A stretch of 64,000 nucleotides of DNA from Candidatus Latescibacterota bacterium (GTDB lineage: Bacteria; Latescibacterota; UBA2968; GCA-2709665): the NCBI GenBank assembly GCA_965116875.1, contig OZ220733.1:96001-160000 (forward strand). Direction: 5' to 3'. A model generated the notes under the pieces. That model was given only the letters and a program-made list of their open reading frames with translations, did no database searches and was not told where the DNA came from. The stretch's first letter is position 1; every line of letters begins with the position of its first letter. Made by a program: the position numbers and the translations under genes. This document shows positions 39,200 through 48,994 of this stretch, in pieces.

Positions 39200-40564
39200 G
39201 TGAAAGCCATTATCCTGGCCGCCGGCAAAGGCGACCGCTTCTATCCCTTCAGCCACTATCGACCCAAACCCATGTTTCCCATCTGCAACCGGCCTCTGCT
39301 GGAGTGGGCCCTTGATCGAATCGTGGCCGCCGGCATCAGGGACGTGGGCATCGTTGTCGGCCATCGGCACGGTCGGATACGCAGTCATTTTTCCGACGGC
39401 CGCCGGTTCGGATGCGAAGTCACCTGTATTGAACAGCCGGAGCAACTCGGTACGGCCCACGCCGTCTGCGCCGCGGCGGACTTTATCGGGGCCGACGATT
39501 TTCTGGTCGCGTACGGCGACCTCTTCTTCGAGCAGACGGTCCTTTCCCAACTCCTGGACGGTTTCTCAGGCCGGTCGGTCGCCGCAGTCCACCACAGCGA
39601 GCAGCTCAACCGGCGCACTCGCGTGGAAACCGATGACCGGGGGAATATCGTCAATACCACCTGGAAGCCCCGGTCGTCCTCCGGAACGGCGCTGTCCGGC
39701 CTGTTTGTATTCCGGAACGACGCGCTTCAGGACCTCGGCAATACGCCGGACTTCGCAACCGGCGTGCAAAACGGCGTCACGCCCCCGGAGGGCCACGAGA
39801 TCGCCGAAGCCCTGGCGCTCATGAACCGGGAAGGCCGGCCCGCCGCCGCCGTCCGCACCGAGGGTGTCTGCTTCGATATGGACATGCCATGGGAGCCCCA
39901 GACGGTCTGCCGTCTGGCCGTAGGGGAAATGGCCCGGCGCCTGCAGGGCTCCAGTATCGCCGACACCGCAAGGGTCGATTCCGGCGCGCACATCGACGGC
40001 CCGGTATTCGTAGACGAGGGCGCGACCGTCTCACGCGGGGCCCGTATCAGCGGACCCGCCTGGATCGGCAGGAACACGCACGTTTACGAAGGCTCCCAGG
40101 TTGCCTCGCACACGGTCATCGGAGACGACTGTCGGGTCGGGCCCTTCGCGAAGGTATCGGGATTCGTCGACCGCAACAACCACATCACCTTTCTTGGAGA
40201 ATTCAGCGGCGTCATTCTCGCGGGCGGACGGATCACCCACCAGATGCAGATTGCAGGCATCTACGGGGAAGGCGCGGAATTCGGCGCCGGCACCCAGGTG
40301 GGCACGCTCCGATTCGACGACGGACCGACACAGGTGGAAGTGAAGGGCATACGCCATCCGGCGACCGGTTTTTCAGGCGCCCTGTTCGGAGACTACGCGC
40401 GCACGGGCGTGGGAACCATACTCATGCCAGGCCGAATTGTCGGTCCCGGCGCCATGGTCGGTCCCGGGGTGGTTCTGATGAACAATGCGCCGCCTCACAA
40501 AGCCGTCATCCTGAAGCAGCAGCATCAGGTAATCGACTGGGGTCCGGAAAAATACGACCACTGA
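39200..40564 (+). CDS. Bifunctional GlmU-like sugar-phosphate nucleotidyltransferase/acetyltransferase
   Basis: ILAAGKGDR..P...PKPM, QLGTAHA, YGD, then hexapeptide (left-handed beta-helix) repeats. Confidence 0.85.
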   Translation: MKAIILAAGKGDRFYPFSHYRPKPMFPICNRPLLEWALDRIVAAGIRDVGIVVGHRHGRIRSHFSDGRRFGCEVTCIEQPEQLGTAHAVCAAADFIGADDFLVAYGDLFFEQTVLSQLLDGFSGRSVAAVHHSEQLNRRTRVETDDRGNIVNTTWKPRSSSGTALSGLFVFRNDALQDLGNTPDFATGVQNGVTPPEGHEIAEALALMNREGRPAAAVRTEGVCFDMDMPWEPQTVCRLAVGEMARRLQGSSIADTARVDSGAHIDGPVFVDEGATVSRGARISGPAWIGRNTHVYEGSQVASHTVIGDDCRVGPFAKVSGFVDRNNHITFLGEFSGVILAGGRITHQMQIAGIYGEGAEFGAGTQVGTLRFDDGPTQVEVKGIRHPATGFSGALFGDYARTGVGTILMPGRIVGPGAMVGPGVVLMNNAPPHKAVILKQQHQVIDWGPEKYDH

Positions 40565-40569
40565 GGCGG

Positions 40570-42324
40570 ATGATGCAACGGGATCACATCGAAGCCGAGA
40601 TACGACGGCGCGCCGACGGTTACAAACCCCAGACCCATCTGATTGCCGACTATTACAGGGTCCGACGGAAAATCGCGTATCCTCTTCCGATCCGGGAGAT
40701 AACCCTGCCCGGACTGCCAATCCCGGGCATCCAGTCGTATCCATGGTCCATCTGGATGACATGGAGTCTGGAAGAGCGGATCCTCTGTCTCGGGTGGGCG
40801 GCGTCCTGGTTCGATGATGAACAGGCTCGTCGACTGGCCGTTTCCGACCTGGACGCGCTGGCCGAATGGCCGTGCTACCGGCAGTTGCCGAACCCCGATC
40901 TGAGTTCGGGCCACGCGCTACGCATCCTCTGGCAGGCCCGCACCCGTTGGGACTGGCTGCCCCCGGGCCTTCGGACGAAGATCGAGCGGGCGTTTCACGG
41001 CCATATCGAAGACACACTCCCTTTGTCCGACGCCAGACACGGCGAATTTGAAAGCAAGGACGACATCCTCGCGCTGGACGAACCCCACACCGCGCTGCAC
41101 AACATCCCGTTTATCGGCACGGTCGGCCTCGCCCTGGCCGCAAACGGGACTTCCCATCCCTCCGCCGACGAGTTGAACACCCGACTCGAGGCGCTCCTGG
41201 GGGCGATCCTGGACCTCCGCGAGACCGGTCATTCGGAGGGCGTGGGGTACGACGGATACATCCTGGACTTCGCCGCCGACTGGCTGGGCACCGTCTCCCC
41301 GGCCAGGCGGGCCGCCCTGATGGACCATCCCCGTTTCGGCGACGTACTGGACGAATCCATCGCGCTCGGAGCGCCGGGGGACCTTGCGAATGTCGCCCGG
41401 TTGAGCGACGTGGAGCCCCGGGAGATGCCGTTCCACGTATCCGGCCACGCCAAACTCTTCCGGTACAGAGCGTCTCCGCTTGCGGGCTGGTACCTGAAGC
41501 GCTGCGGCCTTCGCCGGCTGCGCGCCGACGCCCTGGCGGCGCTCCACGGGATTGACGCCGAACAGGAGTGTGAACCGCCCGGAGCAGGAGCCATCGATGC
41601 GCACTACGCGGTCGTACTCAGGAGCGGATGGGAATCGGACGACCTGGCCGTGGCCATGGCGGCGAGCAATTCGAAAATGAGCCACATCCAGAACGACAAC
41701 GGGTCCATCGTCATCGGCGCCCGGGGCCGCTGGCCGTTGTCGGACCCCGGCTACCAGCAGTATATGAAGAAGACAGAACGTGAATTCACCCTGGGGCCCG
41801 CGGCACACAATGCGCCCGTCATCAACGGGACGGCCCAGACGGAAAAGCCGGCCGACCGGCGGGTGGTTCTTCGGCAGTGCAACGGATCGACGCTTACGGC
41901 TGAACTGGACCTGACGGACGGATACCCCGCCGGGCTGGCATTGAAGCGGGTCGACAGAACGCTATGGCTCTCAGACCGGGACCTGGTGGTCCTCGCCGAC
42001 CGCGTGCGAGGCGCCTCCGTCGAGTCCGTCACCTACCATTGGCACGGGCACCCGGACGCCGCATGGTGGGTCGCAGACGATACCGCCTGCATCTACGCAC
42101 CCGACCTTACGCTCTGGATGCGCTCGCCCCAGGCGCGGATCACGGACGAAGACGTTGACCGCCTTCCCGGATCCAGGGGCCATCTCACGCTCCGTGCAAG
42201 CGCGGACCCGTCCGCTCCATATATCTGGTGGGTATTTGCGACAGGCGATACGCCGCCGGCCATATCGTTGCACGAACGGGGCTGCGGGATTCGCGTCAGT
42301 GGCCGCGATTTTGAAATATCTTGA
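40570..42324 (+). CDS. Heparinase II/III-like protein
   Basis: EGVGYDGY, LRSGW, SHIQNDNGS, DPGY, AHNAPVING. No signal peptide. GAGG before ATG 40570. Confidence 0.78.
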   Translation: MMQRDHIEAEIRRRADGYKPQTHLIADYYRVRRKIAYPLPIREITLPGLPIPGIQSYPWSIWMTWSLEERILCLGWAASWFDDEQARRLAVSDLDALAEWPCYRQLPNPDLSSGHALRILWQARTRWDWLPPGLRTKIERAFHGHIEDTLPLSDARHGEFESKDDILALDEPHTALHNIPFIGTVGLALAANGTSHPSADELNTRLEALLGAILDLRETGHSEGVGYDGYILDFAADWLGTVSPARRAALMDHPRFGDVLDESIALGAPGDLANVARLSDVEPREMPFHVSGHAKLFRYRASPLAGWYLKRCGLRRLRADALAALHGIDAEQECEPPGAGAIDAHYAVVLRSGWESDDLAVAMAASNSKMSHIQNDNGSIVIGARGRWPLSDPGYQQYMKKTEREFTLGPAAHNAPVINGTAQTEKPADRRVVLRQCNGSTLTAELDLTDGYPAGLALKRVDRTLWLSDRDLVVLADRVRGASVESVTYHWHGHPDAAWWVADDTACIYAPDLTLWMRSPQARITDEDVDRLPGSRGHLTLRASADPSAPYIWWVFATGDTPPAISLHERGCGIRVSGRDFEIS

Positions 42325-42346
42325 ATTTGATAGAAGGATCCCTTGA

Positions 42347-44278
42347 ATGAACGCTTCGAAAATCTGTGACGTCCCTTTCCTGGCGCCCTCCAATTCCACC
42401 GGGGAGCTCATCTTCGACCCCGGACTCGGCCGCCGCGTGCTCTATCAGTCCATGTTTTCCGCGGTCCCGGGCCGGCCGCCGGCTCTGGTACGCACGGACT
42501 TCGAGCGCCACGAATATGCGTCATTCCCCCAGCCCGATGGCCGGGGGACATGGAAGGTCCGGCTCCTTTCCGACCACAAGCTCTGGTTCGGGATGAACGG
42601 TCCGGGGCAACTCGCCTGCTTCAACCCGATGACCGAGTCCTGGGAAGACGTCCCGCGCCATCGGCCGTCCACGAAAAACACCCATCTTACGGACGTGGTC
42701 GAAGGACCGGACGGGCGATTGTACATGCCCGGGTACCCCTCCGGCACGTGCGTGAGTTTCGACCGTGCAACCGGCGAATACGGGGAAGTCCCCGTGGCGG
42801 ATAGCAACCATCAGCTGTTCGCCGCCTGCGTTACCGACGGCGGACACATCGGCATTCTCAATGGCCTCCAGCACGGCGTCTATGCCCTCGAACCTCGAAC
42901 CGGGGACGTCACAGTCACGTCTCCGCCCCACCTCACGGGGCGGCCGGATGCCTACAGCGGCTTCCTGCGGCTCGGAGACGAATTCCTTGTCTCCCTCGGC
43001 GACCCTGAGGGCGGCATTGAAATCTGTCGATTTTCCGCGCAAGACCTCGGCTTCATCGGCTCTTTCGTCGTGAAGACCGCGATCACCTCCGGACGGAACC
43101 TGATGGCCTCCCCGGACGGGCGCCCTTTCCTGAGCGTGGACGACGGTTACATCTACGCCATCGACCTCGAATCGCATACGGCCGAACCCGTCTGCCGCAT
43201 TCCTTACGTCCCAAGCCGCGGCAACTACTTTTTCCTGGATGAGCATCGGGTCCTTTTCGCGGGCCATTCACAGTATTACGGCGTCTGCGATATCAGGACC
43301 GCCGAACTCGATCTCCACCGGACCGAGATCGAAAATCCTCCCATCGGCATCTTCTCCATCCTGCCGGCGGCTTCCGGGGATATCTACTGCTCGGCCCATC
43401 TGGGTCTTTCCCTCACGCGCGTGGATCCCGGGATGAAGCGGGCGGACGTGCTGGGCCTGACGTACAACGGTTCCGGCGAAATCTACGGCAGCGCCGAAGC
43501 CCGCGGCCATATCTACAGCATCTCGTACACCCACAACGTCCTTACGGTATACGACCCGCAACAACCCTGGCGACCCGGTCCGGCGAAGGGCGACAACCCG
43601 CAGAATCTCGGATCGATGGGCGACGAACAGTACCGCCCCGTCACCGGCATTCTCAATGGACCGGGAAACAGGCTCTATATCGGATCCATGCCGGATTACG
43701 GGGCCCGGGGCGGCGCGCTTACCGTCGTCAATCCCGAAGACAACAGCCACAGGTCGTTCCGGCACCTGGTCCCCGACCATTCCGTTCTGGGCCTGGCCAC
43801 GGGCCCGGAACACGTGTATGTCGGCACCAGCATCATCGCGGACGGCTATATCCGGCCCGCCCGGGGCAACGCCCGCTTTCTGATTTTCGACCCGGAATCC
43901 GAAATGGTCCTGCACGAATGGGAAGTCGACGGCGCACGCAGTCTCATTACGATGGGATACAGCGCCGGCCGCGTCTTCTTCTGGACCGACGACCACGACG
44001 GGGGCAGTCGCCTTTTCGTTGTCCGCCTGCCGGATCGAGCCGTCAACCGCGTCAGCAATCCGTTCATGGGCGGCAAACCTCACAACCGGCCGATGGCGGA
44101 GAACGCGAACGGCGATCTCTTCTTCACGCACGGCAACCGCATTGTTCGGCTCGACCCCGCAACCGCGGCGCTCACCATCGCGCACACGGCGGGCCCAGGC
44201 CAGAACCCGATTCTGGCCGCCGCAGGAGACGGGATCCTCTTTACCCGGGAACATGAACTCTGGCGCCTTGCGCCTTGA
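42347..44278 (+). CDS. Hypothetical beta-propeller protein
   Basis: Repeated GPDGRLY / SPDGRP / YDP / YVGT blade-like motifs. 643 aa, co-oriented in the cluster. Confidence 0.7.
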   Translation: MNASKICDVPFLAPSNSTGELIFDPGLGRRVLYQSMFSAVPGRPPALVRTDFERHEYASFPQPDGRGTWKVRLLSDHKLWFGMNGPGQLACFNPMTESWEDVPRHRPSTKNTHLTDVVEGPDGRLYMPGYPSGTCVSFDRATGEYGEVPVADSNHQLFAACVTDGGHIGILNGLQHGVYALEPRTGDVTVTSPPHLTGRPDAYSGFLRLGDEFLVSLGDPEGGIEICRFSAQDLGFIGSFVVKTAITSGRNLMASPDGRPFLSVDDGYIYAIDLESHTAEPVCRIPYVPSRGNYFFLDEHRVLFAGHSQYYGVCDIRTAELDLHRTEIENPPIGIFSILPAASGDIYCSAHLGLSLTRVDPGMKRADVLGLTYNGSGEIYGSAEARGHIYSISYTHNVLTVYDPQQPWRPGPAKGDNPQNLGSMGDEQYRPVTGILNGPGNRLYIGSMPDYGARGGALTVVNPEDNSHRSFRHLVPDHSVLGLATGPEHVYVGTSIIADGYIRPARGNARFLIFDPESEMVLHEWEVDGARSLITMGYSAGRVFFWTDDHDGGSRLFVVRLPDRAVNRVSNPFMGGKPHNRPMAENANGDLFFTHGNRIVRLDPATAALTIAHTAGPGQNPILAAAGDGILFTREHELWRLAP

Positions 44279-44334
44279 CCGCCGCTTTTTCGCTCGCGCT
44301 CGGGAACTCACCGGTAATTTTAAAACGGCTTCCT
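44271..44334. repeat. Isolated right end of the family C MITE-like element
   Basis: 64 bp closely similar to 17417-17480 (CGCCTTGACCGCC...CGGGAACTCACCGGTAATTTTAA...TTCCT). Confidence 0.85.
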
Positions 44335-44353
44335 GGAGAATTGGAACCGCACC

Positions 44354-46504
44354 GTGAAGACCGGCCCTGACTGGAAGAACCGAATACGCCCGGACCACCC
44401 GCGGATCTTCATCAACCGCGACACCCTGCCGACAATCCGTACCCGCGCGTCGACCGTCAGTAAAGACCATTACATCAAGGTCAGGTCTTTCGAGGAGGCG
44501 AGTCCGCCGGACACGGGATGGGCTGTCATCGACCGCCCGCCGCCGCTGCCCGACGGTACGGAAGTGCGGGACTGGGGCCACCGGATGATGTGCTCGGCCA
44601 TCGTCTACCTCCTGGAACCCTCCGTCGAACGGCTGGACCGGCTCGTTTCCGAACTGCGCGCCAGCGCAGAATACTACCACGCCTGTTACGCCGCAGATGA
44701 GTCCGTGAACTGGTACGCCGCCAGCCGCGCCGCTTGCCTGGTCACCCTGGACTGGATCTGGAACGATCTCGCGGCCAATGACCGGCGGGAGATCGCCCTG
44801 CGATTGCTCGACCACGTGGACGAAGCGCTTCATAAACCGGGCATCCGCCGCCGCAACGGCTCGGACCACCGCAGCGGATTCTACGGCGCGCCCAGCCTGG
44901 CCTGGTTCTCAGGGCTCCTTCTCCATGACGAAGGCATTGACGACGTCCGGGCGACCCGTTTTCTCGAAAAGGGCTATGACGACCACGTCAAACTGCTGGT
45001 TCACCGCGCGGCAGCCTGTGGGGACGACGGCGGCGAAGCCTCGCCCACGCTCGGTTACGCGTTCGGCGAATACCCGCTGGCGCAATGGAATTTCATCCAT
45101 ACCCTTCATTCGTCGACAGGTGAAGACATATCCGGCGACTGGCCGCACATCCGGATGTTTCCCAACTACGTGATCTGGAACTGGCTGCCGGGCGACCTCG
45201 AGTTCGGCTACGGCGACAACGCGCATACCGACAACAGCATACGGACGAACTGGATGTTCACGCACATGTCGCACATTATGCACCTGTTCGGACAGACCCA
45301 TCCGGAGTGGGCCGGACTCGCGAGATATATACGGGACATGGCCGGCGGCGGCTTTCACCTCGACAAGTGGCCCATCTATCCGTTTCTGCTCGACGGCATG
45401 GACAACGCGCCCCCTGCCGCGGGGCCCGACATCCTGCCGCCCGCGCGCCACTTTGAAAACCTGGGTCAGATTTTCATGCGTTCGGGCTCCGCCGAACACG
45501 ACACCTATGCCCTTTTTTGCGGTGGAGGCAGCCTGAGAAGCCACCGCCACTACGACGCAACGCACTTCACCATCTTCAAGCAGGGGTTCCTTTCCCTTGA
45601 CAGCGGCACCCGCGTGGGCAACACCGACAACCTGCAGAACTACTACGCGCAGACCGTCGCCCACAATTGTATATTGATCAGGATGCCCGGCGAGGCGCCG
45701 TCGCCGTACTGGAACGGCGAGGTCTTCGGCCAGGCGGGCGGGCAGAACAAAACCGTCGGTTCCGAAATAACCGCCTTCGAAACCAACTCCCACTTCACCT
45801 ACGTCGCCGCAAACGCCACGCCGGTCTATCATGCCGAAAAATGCGCGCTTATGGTCCGTCAGTTCATCTTTCTTCCGCCGGACCATTTCGTGGTATTCGA
45901 TCGCGTCACGTCCATCCTCGCCGGATACGCCAAAACCTGGCTCATGCACCATGCCAACGAACCAATGGTTGAAGGCGACACATGGCGGTCGGATCAGGAT
46001 CGGGGACGCATTCTCGTCCGGACGCTCCTGCCCGAAGACGCCACTCTTGAAAAGGTAGGCGGAGCCGGCAGGGAATTCCTGGCCGACGGCGTCAACTATG
46101 CGATCGACGCAGGCCCGTCGAACCTCATCGTTGAAAACAAATACCCGATTGGCAGAATGCACTACGACGAGGTCCCGGAGCTGATGGGCCGATGGCGGAT
46201 GGAAGTCAGTCCGGGCGCGGCCCGGAAGGAGGACCTCTTCCTGCATCTCATACAGGTTGGAGATCGATCCCTTTGTGAAATGAGCGATGCGAAGGCCGCC
46301 GTGACCGGGGCCAACGTGCAACTTCGCTTCAGCGATTCAGATGGTGAAGTCTTCGTTTCGTTCGCGGCAAGGGGTGAGACCGGCGGCCACGTCACGCGTG
46401 TACGGCACGGACAGTCGGTCGTTGAAAAGGACCTCGCCCGGGACGTTCAGGCTCAGGAGGGTCTGGCGGTAGCCGAACAGGTTCGATCCGGTTCCGAAGA
46501 ATGA
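44354..46504 (+). CDS. Heparinase II/III family polysaccharide lyase-like protein
   Basis: RPDHPRIF, YGD, FMRSG, HRHYDATHFTIFK, DSG, QTVAHN, FVVFDRV. Confidence 0.85.
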   Translation: MKTGPDWKNRIRPDHPRIFINRDTLPTIRTRASTVSKDHYIKVRSFEEASPPDTGWAVIDRPPPLPDGTEVRDWGHRMMCSAIVYLLEPSVERLDRLVSELRASAEYYHACYAADESVNWYAASRAACLVTLDWIWNDLAANDRREIALRLLDHVDEALHKPGIRRRNGSDHRSGFYGAPSLAWFSGLLLHDEGIDDVRATRFLEKGYDDHVKLLVHRAAACGDDGGEASPTLGYAFGEYPLAQWNFIHTLHSSTGEDISGDWPHIRMFPNYVIWNWLPGDLEFGYGDNAHTDNSIRTNWMFTHMSHIMHLFGQTHPEWAGLARYIRDMAGGGFHLDKWPIYPFLLDGMDNAPPAAGPDILPPARHFENLGQIFMRSGSAEHDTYALFCGGGSLRSHRHYDATHFTIFKQGFLSLDSGTRVGNTDNLQNYYAQTVAHNCILIRMPGEAPSPYWNGEVFGQAGGQNKTVGSEITAFETNSHFTYVAANATPVYHAEKCALMVRQFIFLPPDHFVVFDRVTSILAGYAKTWLMHHANEPMVEGDTWRSDQDRGRILVRTLLPEDATLEKVGGAGREFLADGVNYAIDAGPSNLIVENKYPIGRMHYDEVPELMGRWRMEVSPGAARKEDLFLHLIQVGDRSLCEMSDAKAAVTGANVQLRFSDSDGEVFVSFAARGETGGHVTRVRHGQSVVEKDLARDVQAQEGLAVAEQVRSGSEE

Positions 46505-46540
46505 AGTCCGGTAACCTGCCTTTTAACGAAGAGATTTCAA

Positions 46541-47443
46541 ATGAACGAATTTCGCGGCATCTACCCCGCGCTGATCACACCGATGACGCGTGAAGGCGAC
46601 TTCAACGAAGATGCCTTCCGCCGGCTGGTTGAATACAACGTAAAATCGGGCGCCCACGGTTTCTGGGTTGCCGGCGGCGCAGGGGAAAGCGTCCTTTTGG
46701 GAGACGACGAAAACGCCCGCATCGCCAGGGCCGCCGTCGAACAGGCCTCGGGCCGCGCGAAGATCATCATGCACATTGGCGCGCCCACCACGGAACGCGC
46801 CGCCAGGATGGCTGAGAACGCCGCGGAAGCCGGCGTTGACGCCATCTGCGCCGTTCCCCCGTTTTTTTATCGGGTCGGGCCAGACGAAATCGCCGAACAC
46901 TACCGGGTTGTCGCCGTAGCGGCGGACCTTCCCCTGTTCATCTACAACCTTCCAGGCGCCACGGATGTAGAGATCACGCTCGAACTGGCGGAGACGATCC
47001 GGGAGCAGGTACCGCAACTCGCCGGACTGAAACATTCCGCTCCGGCATTCGTAAACACGCGCCATTTCGCCAGAATGGGCCTTTCGTGCCTTATCGGGAG
47101 CGCCGCGTTGCTCCTTCCCGCGCTCACCATCGGCGCATCAGGCTGCGTGGACGGCCCGCTTGCGCTGTCTCCGGACGCGTGGGTCAATATCTGGAAGGCG
47201 TACCATCGCGGCGATATCGAGACCGCGGAGGCTGAACAGAGGCGGGCAACTGATTTCTATATGATCTTCAACCGCGCCGGATACATCGCGTCCATGAAGG
47301 CCCTGATATCCGAGAAACTTGGCATCGATTGCGGCGTTCCCCGACCGCCGCAGCGTCCGCTCACCAGCGACGAGCGAACCTATGTCATCCGGACGGCGAC
47401 GTCGCTGGGAATGATGGAAATCGAAAGTCAGGATGGCGATTGA
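46541..47443 (+). CDS. DapA/NanA family aldolase
   Basis: ALITP, GGAGE, VPPFFY, IYNLPGAT, GLKHS, PRPP. Confidence 0.9.
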   Translation: MNEFRGIYPALITPMTREGDFNEDAFRRLVEYNVKSGAHGFWVAGGAGESVLLGDDENARIARAAVEQASGRAKIIMHIGAPTTERAARMAENAAEAGVDAICAVPPFFYRVGPDEIAEHYRVVAVAADLPLFIYNLPGATDVEITLELAETIREQVPQLAGLKHSAPAFVNTRHFARMGLSCLIGSAALLLPALTIGASGCVDGPLALSPDAWVNIWKAYHRGDIETAEAEQRRATDFYMIFNRAGYIASMKALISEKLGIDCGVPRPPQRPLTSDERTYVIRTATSLGMMEIESQDGD

Positions 47444-47515
47444 CCTCAGCGGGCCGCGGCGCGATCTCTTTCCGAAGCGCAGCGCCTGTGAACTCTATTC
47501 CTGGAGACCACCCTT

Positions 47516-48421
47516 ATGATCCCCCTGCTCAGCAGCCTGTGCTACGGACCGCTCGAAGTCTGCCAGCTCCCGCGGACCTGGTGGAAGGTCCTGCTCCGGA
47601 ACGCCGGTTCACTCGACGAAGAGTACCCTGACGTCAGCGAAGGCCTGGACAAATCCGTCCTCGAAGTGCTGAATCTGGACAGAGAGGCGACCCTGGCCTA
47701 TTTGCGGGAGAACATGCCCGGCTACCTGCAGTTCGAAGCCTGGGTCCTCCGGCAGAACGATGGAGCTCTCGACCGAAAGGCGATCGACAAGTGGAACGAA
47801 TCCGTACGAACCCGAATTCACACCCGGCCGGACAAGCTCGAGGAAACCACGGGGGACATCGGCATTCCAAATGACGGCGCGATCACGTCTGCCGTGGTAC
47901 TCAACGGCCTCCAGGACTGGTCGCTCTTCTACAAACGTGACCTCACCGGGGGGTTCTCCTCCCTGGGCGGACGTGTTGTGCCCCTCATCTCCAGCCTGGA
48001 CTACGGACCGCTCAACGTCTGCCAACTCCCGCGAACGTGGCTGAAAATACTGTTGAAGTCGCGGAACCTGCTGCATCCCGATTATCCCGCCATGACCGGG
48101 GACGGCCTGGATCCCCGTGCTCTGCGCGCCGTGAACATCCGTCCTCACGACGCGCTCCGTTACATAAGGGACAACGCGCCGTCCTATCTCGACTTCGAAG
48201 CCTGGATTCTCGAACGGAACGAAGGGCATGTAGACCGTAACGCCGCAGACGTATGGAACGCGTTTGTGCGAAACCGGATCCACTCGAATGAGAAAATCGT
48301 GGATATTCACAATACACTGGGCCTGGACAACGACGGCAGGCTGACCTCCGCCGTCATCCTGAACCACGTTGAAGACTGGCACTTCGCACACGCCGACCTG
48401 ACGGGCGGGGGCGCTACGTGA
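47516..48421 (+). CDS. Protein made of two tandem DUF5069-like domains
   Basis: Internal duplication: PL(L/I)SSLxYGPLxVCQLPRTWxK...YP...LD...YLxFEAW...SAVxLNxxxDW occurs twice. Family assignment is from memory. Confidence 0.7.
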   Translation: MIPLLSSLCYGPLEVCQLPRTWWKVLLRNAGSLDEEYPDVSEGLDKSVLEVLNLDREATLAYLRENMPGYLQFEAWVLRQNDGALDRKAIDKWNESVRTRIHTRPDKLEETTGDIGIPNDGAITSAVVLNGLQDWSLFYKRDLTGGFSSLGGRVVPLISSLDYGPLNVCQLPRTWLKILLKSRNLLHPDYPAMTGDGLDPRALRAVNIRPHDALRYIRDNAPSYLDFEAWILERNEGHVDRNAADVWNAFVRNRIHSNEKIVDIHNTLGLDNDGRLTSAVILNHVEDWHFAHADLTGGGAT

Positions 48422-48582
48422 ACACCGGCCGCCAACGTCCGGGCGGCCGAAAGACGACCCCCGGACCTCACCCTTCAATAACCCAACCGCAGCAAGTGCG
48501 TGATCTGGTGTAGGAATTCAGACCCTCCGCCCACTCCCGAGTTGACATTTCTACAGGCATTCATCTTGCCTTGAGTTAGTTG

Positions 48583-48611
48583 TTGACATGTTTCGATTTA
48601 TGAACTAAAAT
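48583..48611 (+). promoter_or_regulatory. Near-consensus sigma70 promoter upstream of the WD40 locus
   Basis: TTGACA - 17 nt - TAAAAT in an AT-rich patch. Confidence 0.7.
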
Positions 48612-48994
48612 ACAGTTAAATTCGGGTATTAGTCTATGTTGTAGACAGATGGATCTGGCGGGGCCGATCACTCAGGCGAAGCCGGTTATTCAATCCCGGA
48701 TTCATCAAGGGAACAGCCTACGCCACGTAATTGGGTTTCAAGGGTTTCAGGAAGGGTGGTGATATTCGGATCCACGTCGCCAAGCGTTGTGCCGATGTAC
48801 ATTTACGTGAGAAACTGTGGTTCGGGGCAGGTTTCGGAATCATACGCTGCGCTGTGTGAGTGATCGGGCGATCGTGCTGAAACACGTATTCCTCGCTTTT
48901 GCATATCGCCGTCACACCCTCCATGTAAATCCCAGATCCCAACAGGCACAGTCTCTTCAACCGGTTTGAACTCAGTCATTCTCCGGTAGATTGC

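Noticed and set aside
39889-40569. Arg-rich N-terminal part of the 811-aa ORF
   Set aside because: Alternative frame inside the GlmU-like gene. The plausible start is ATG 40570.
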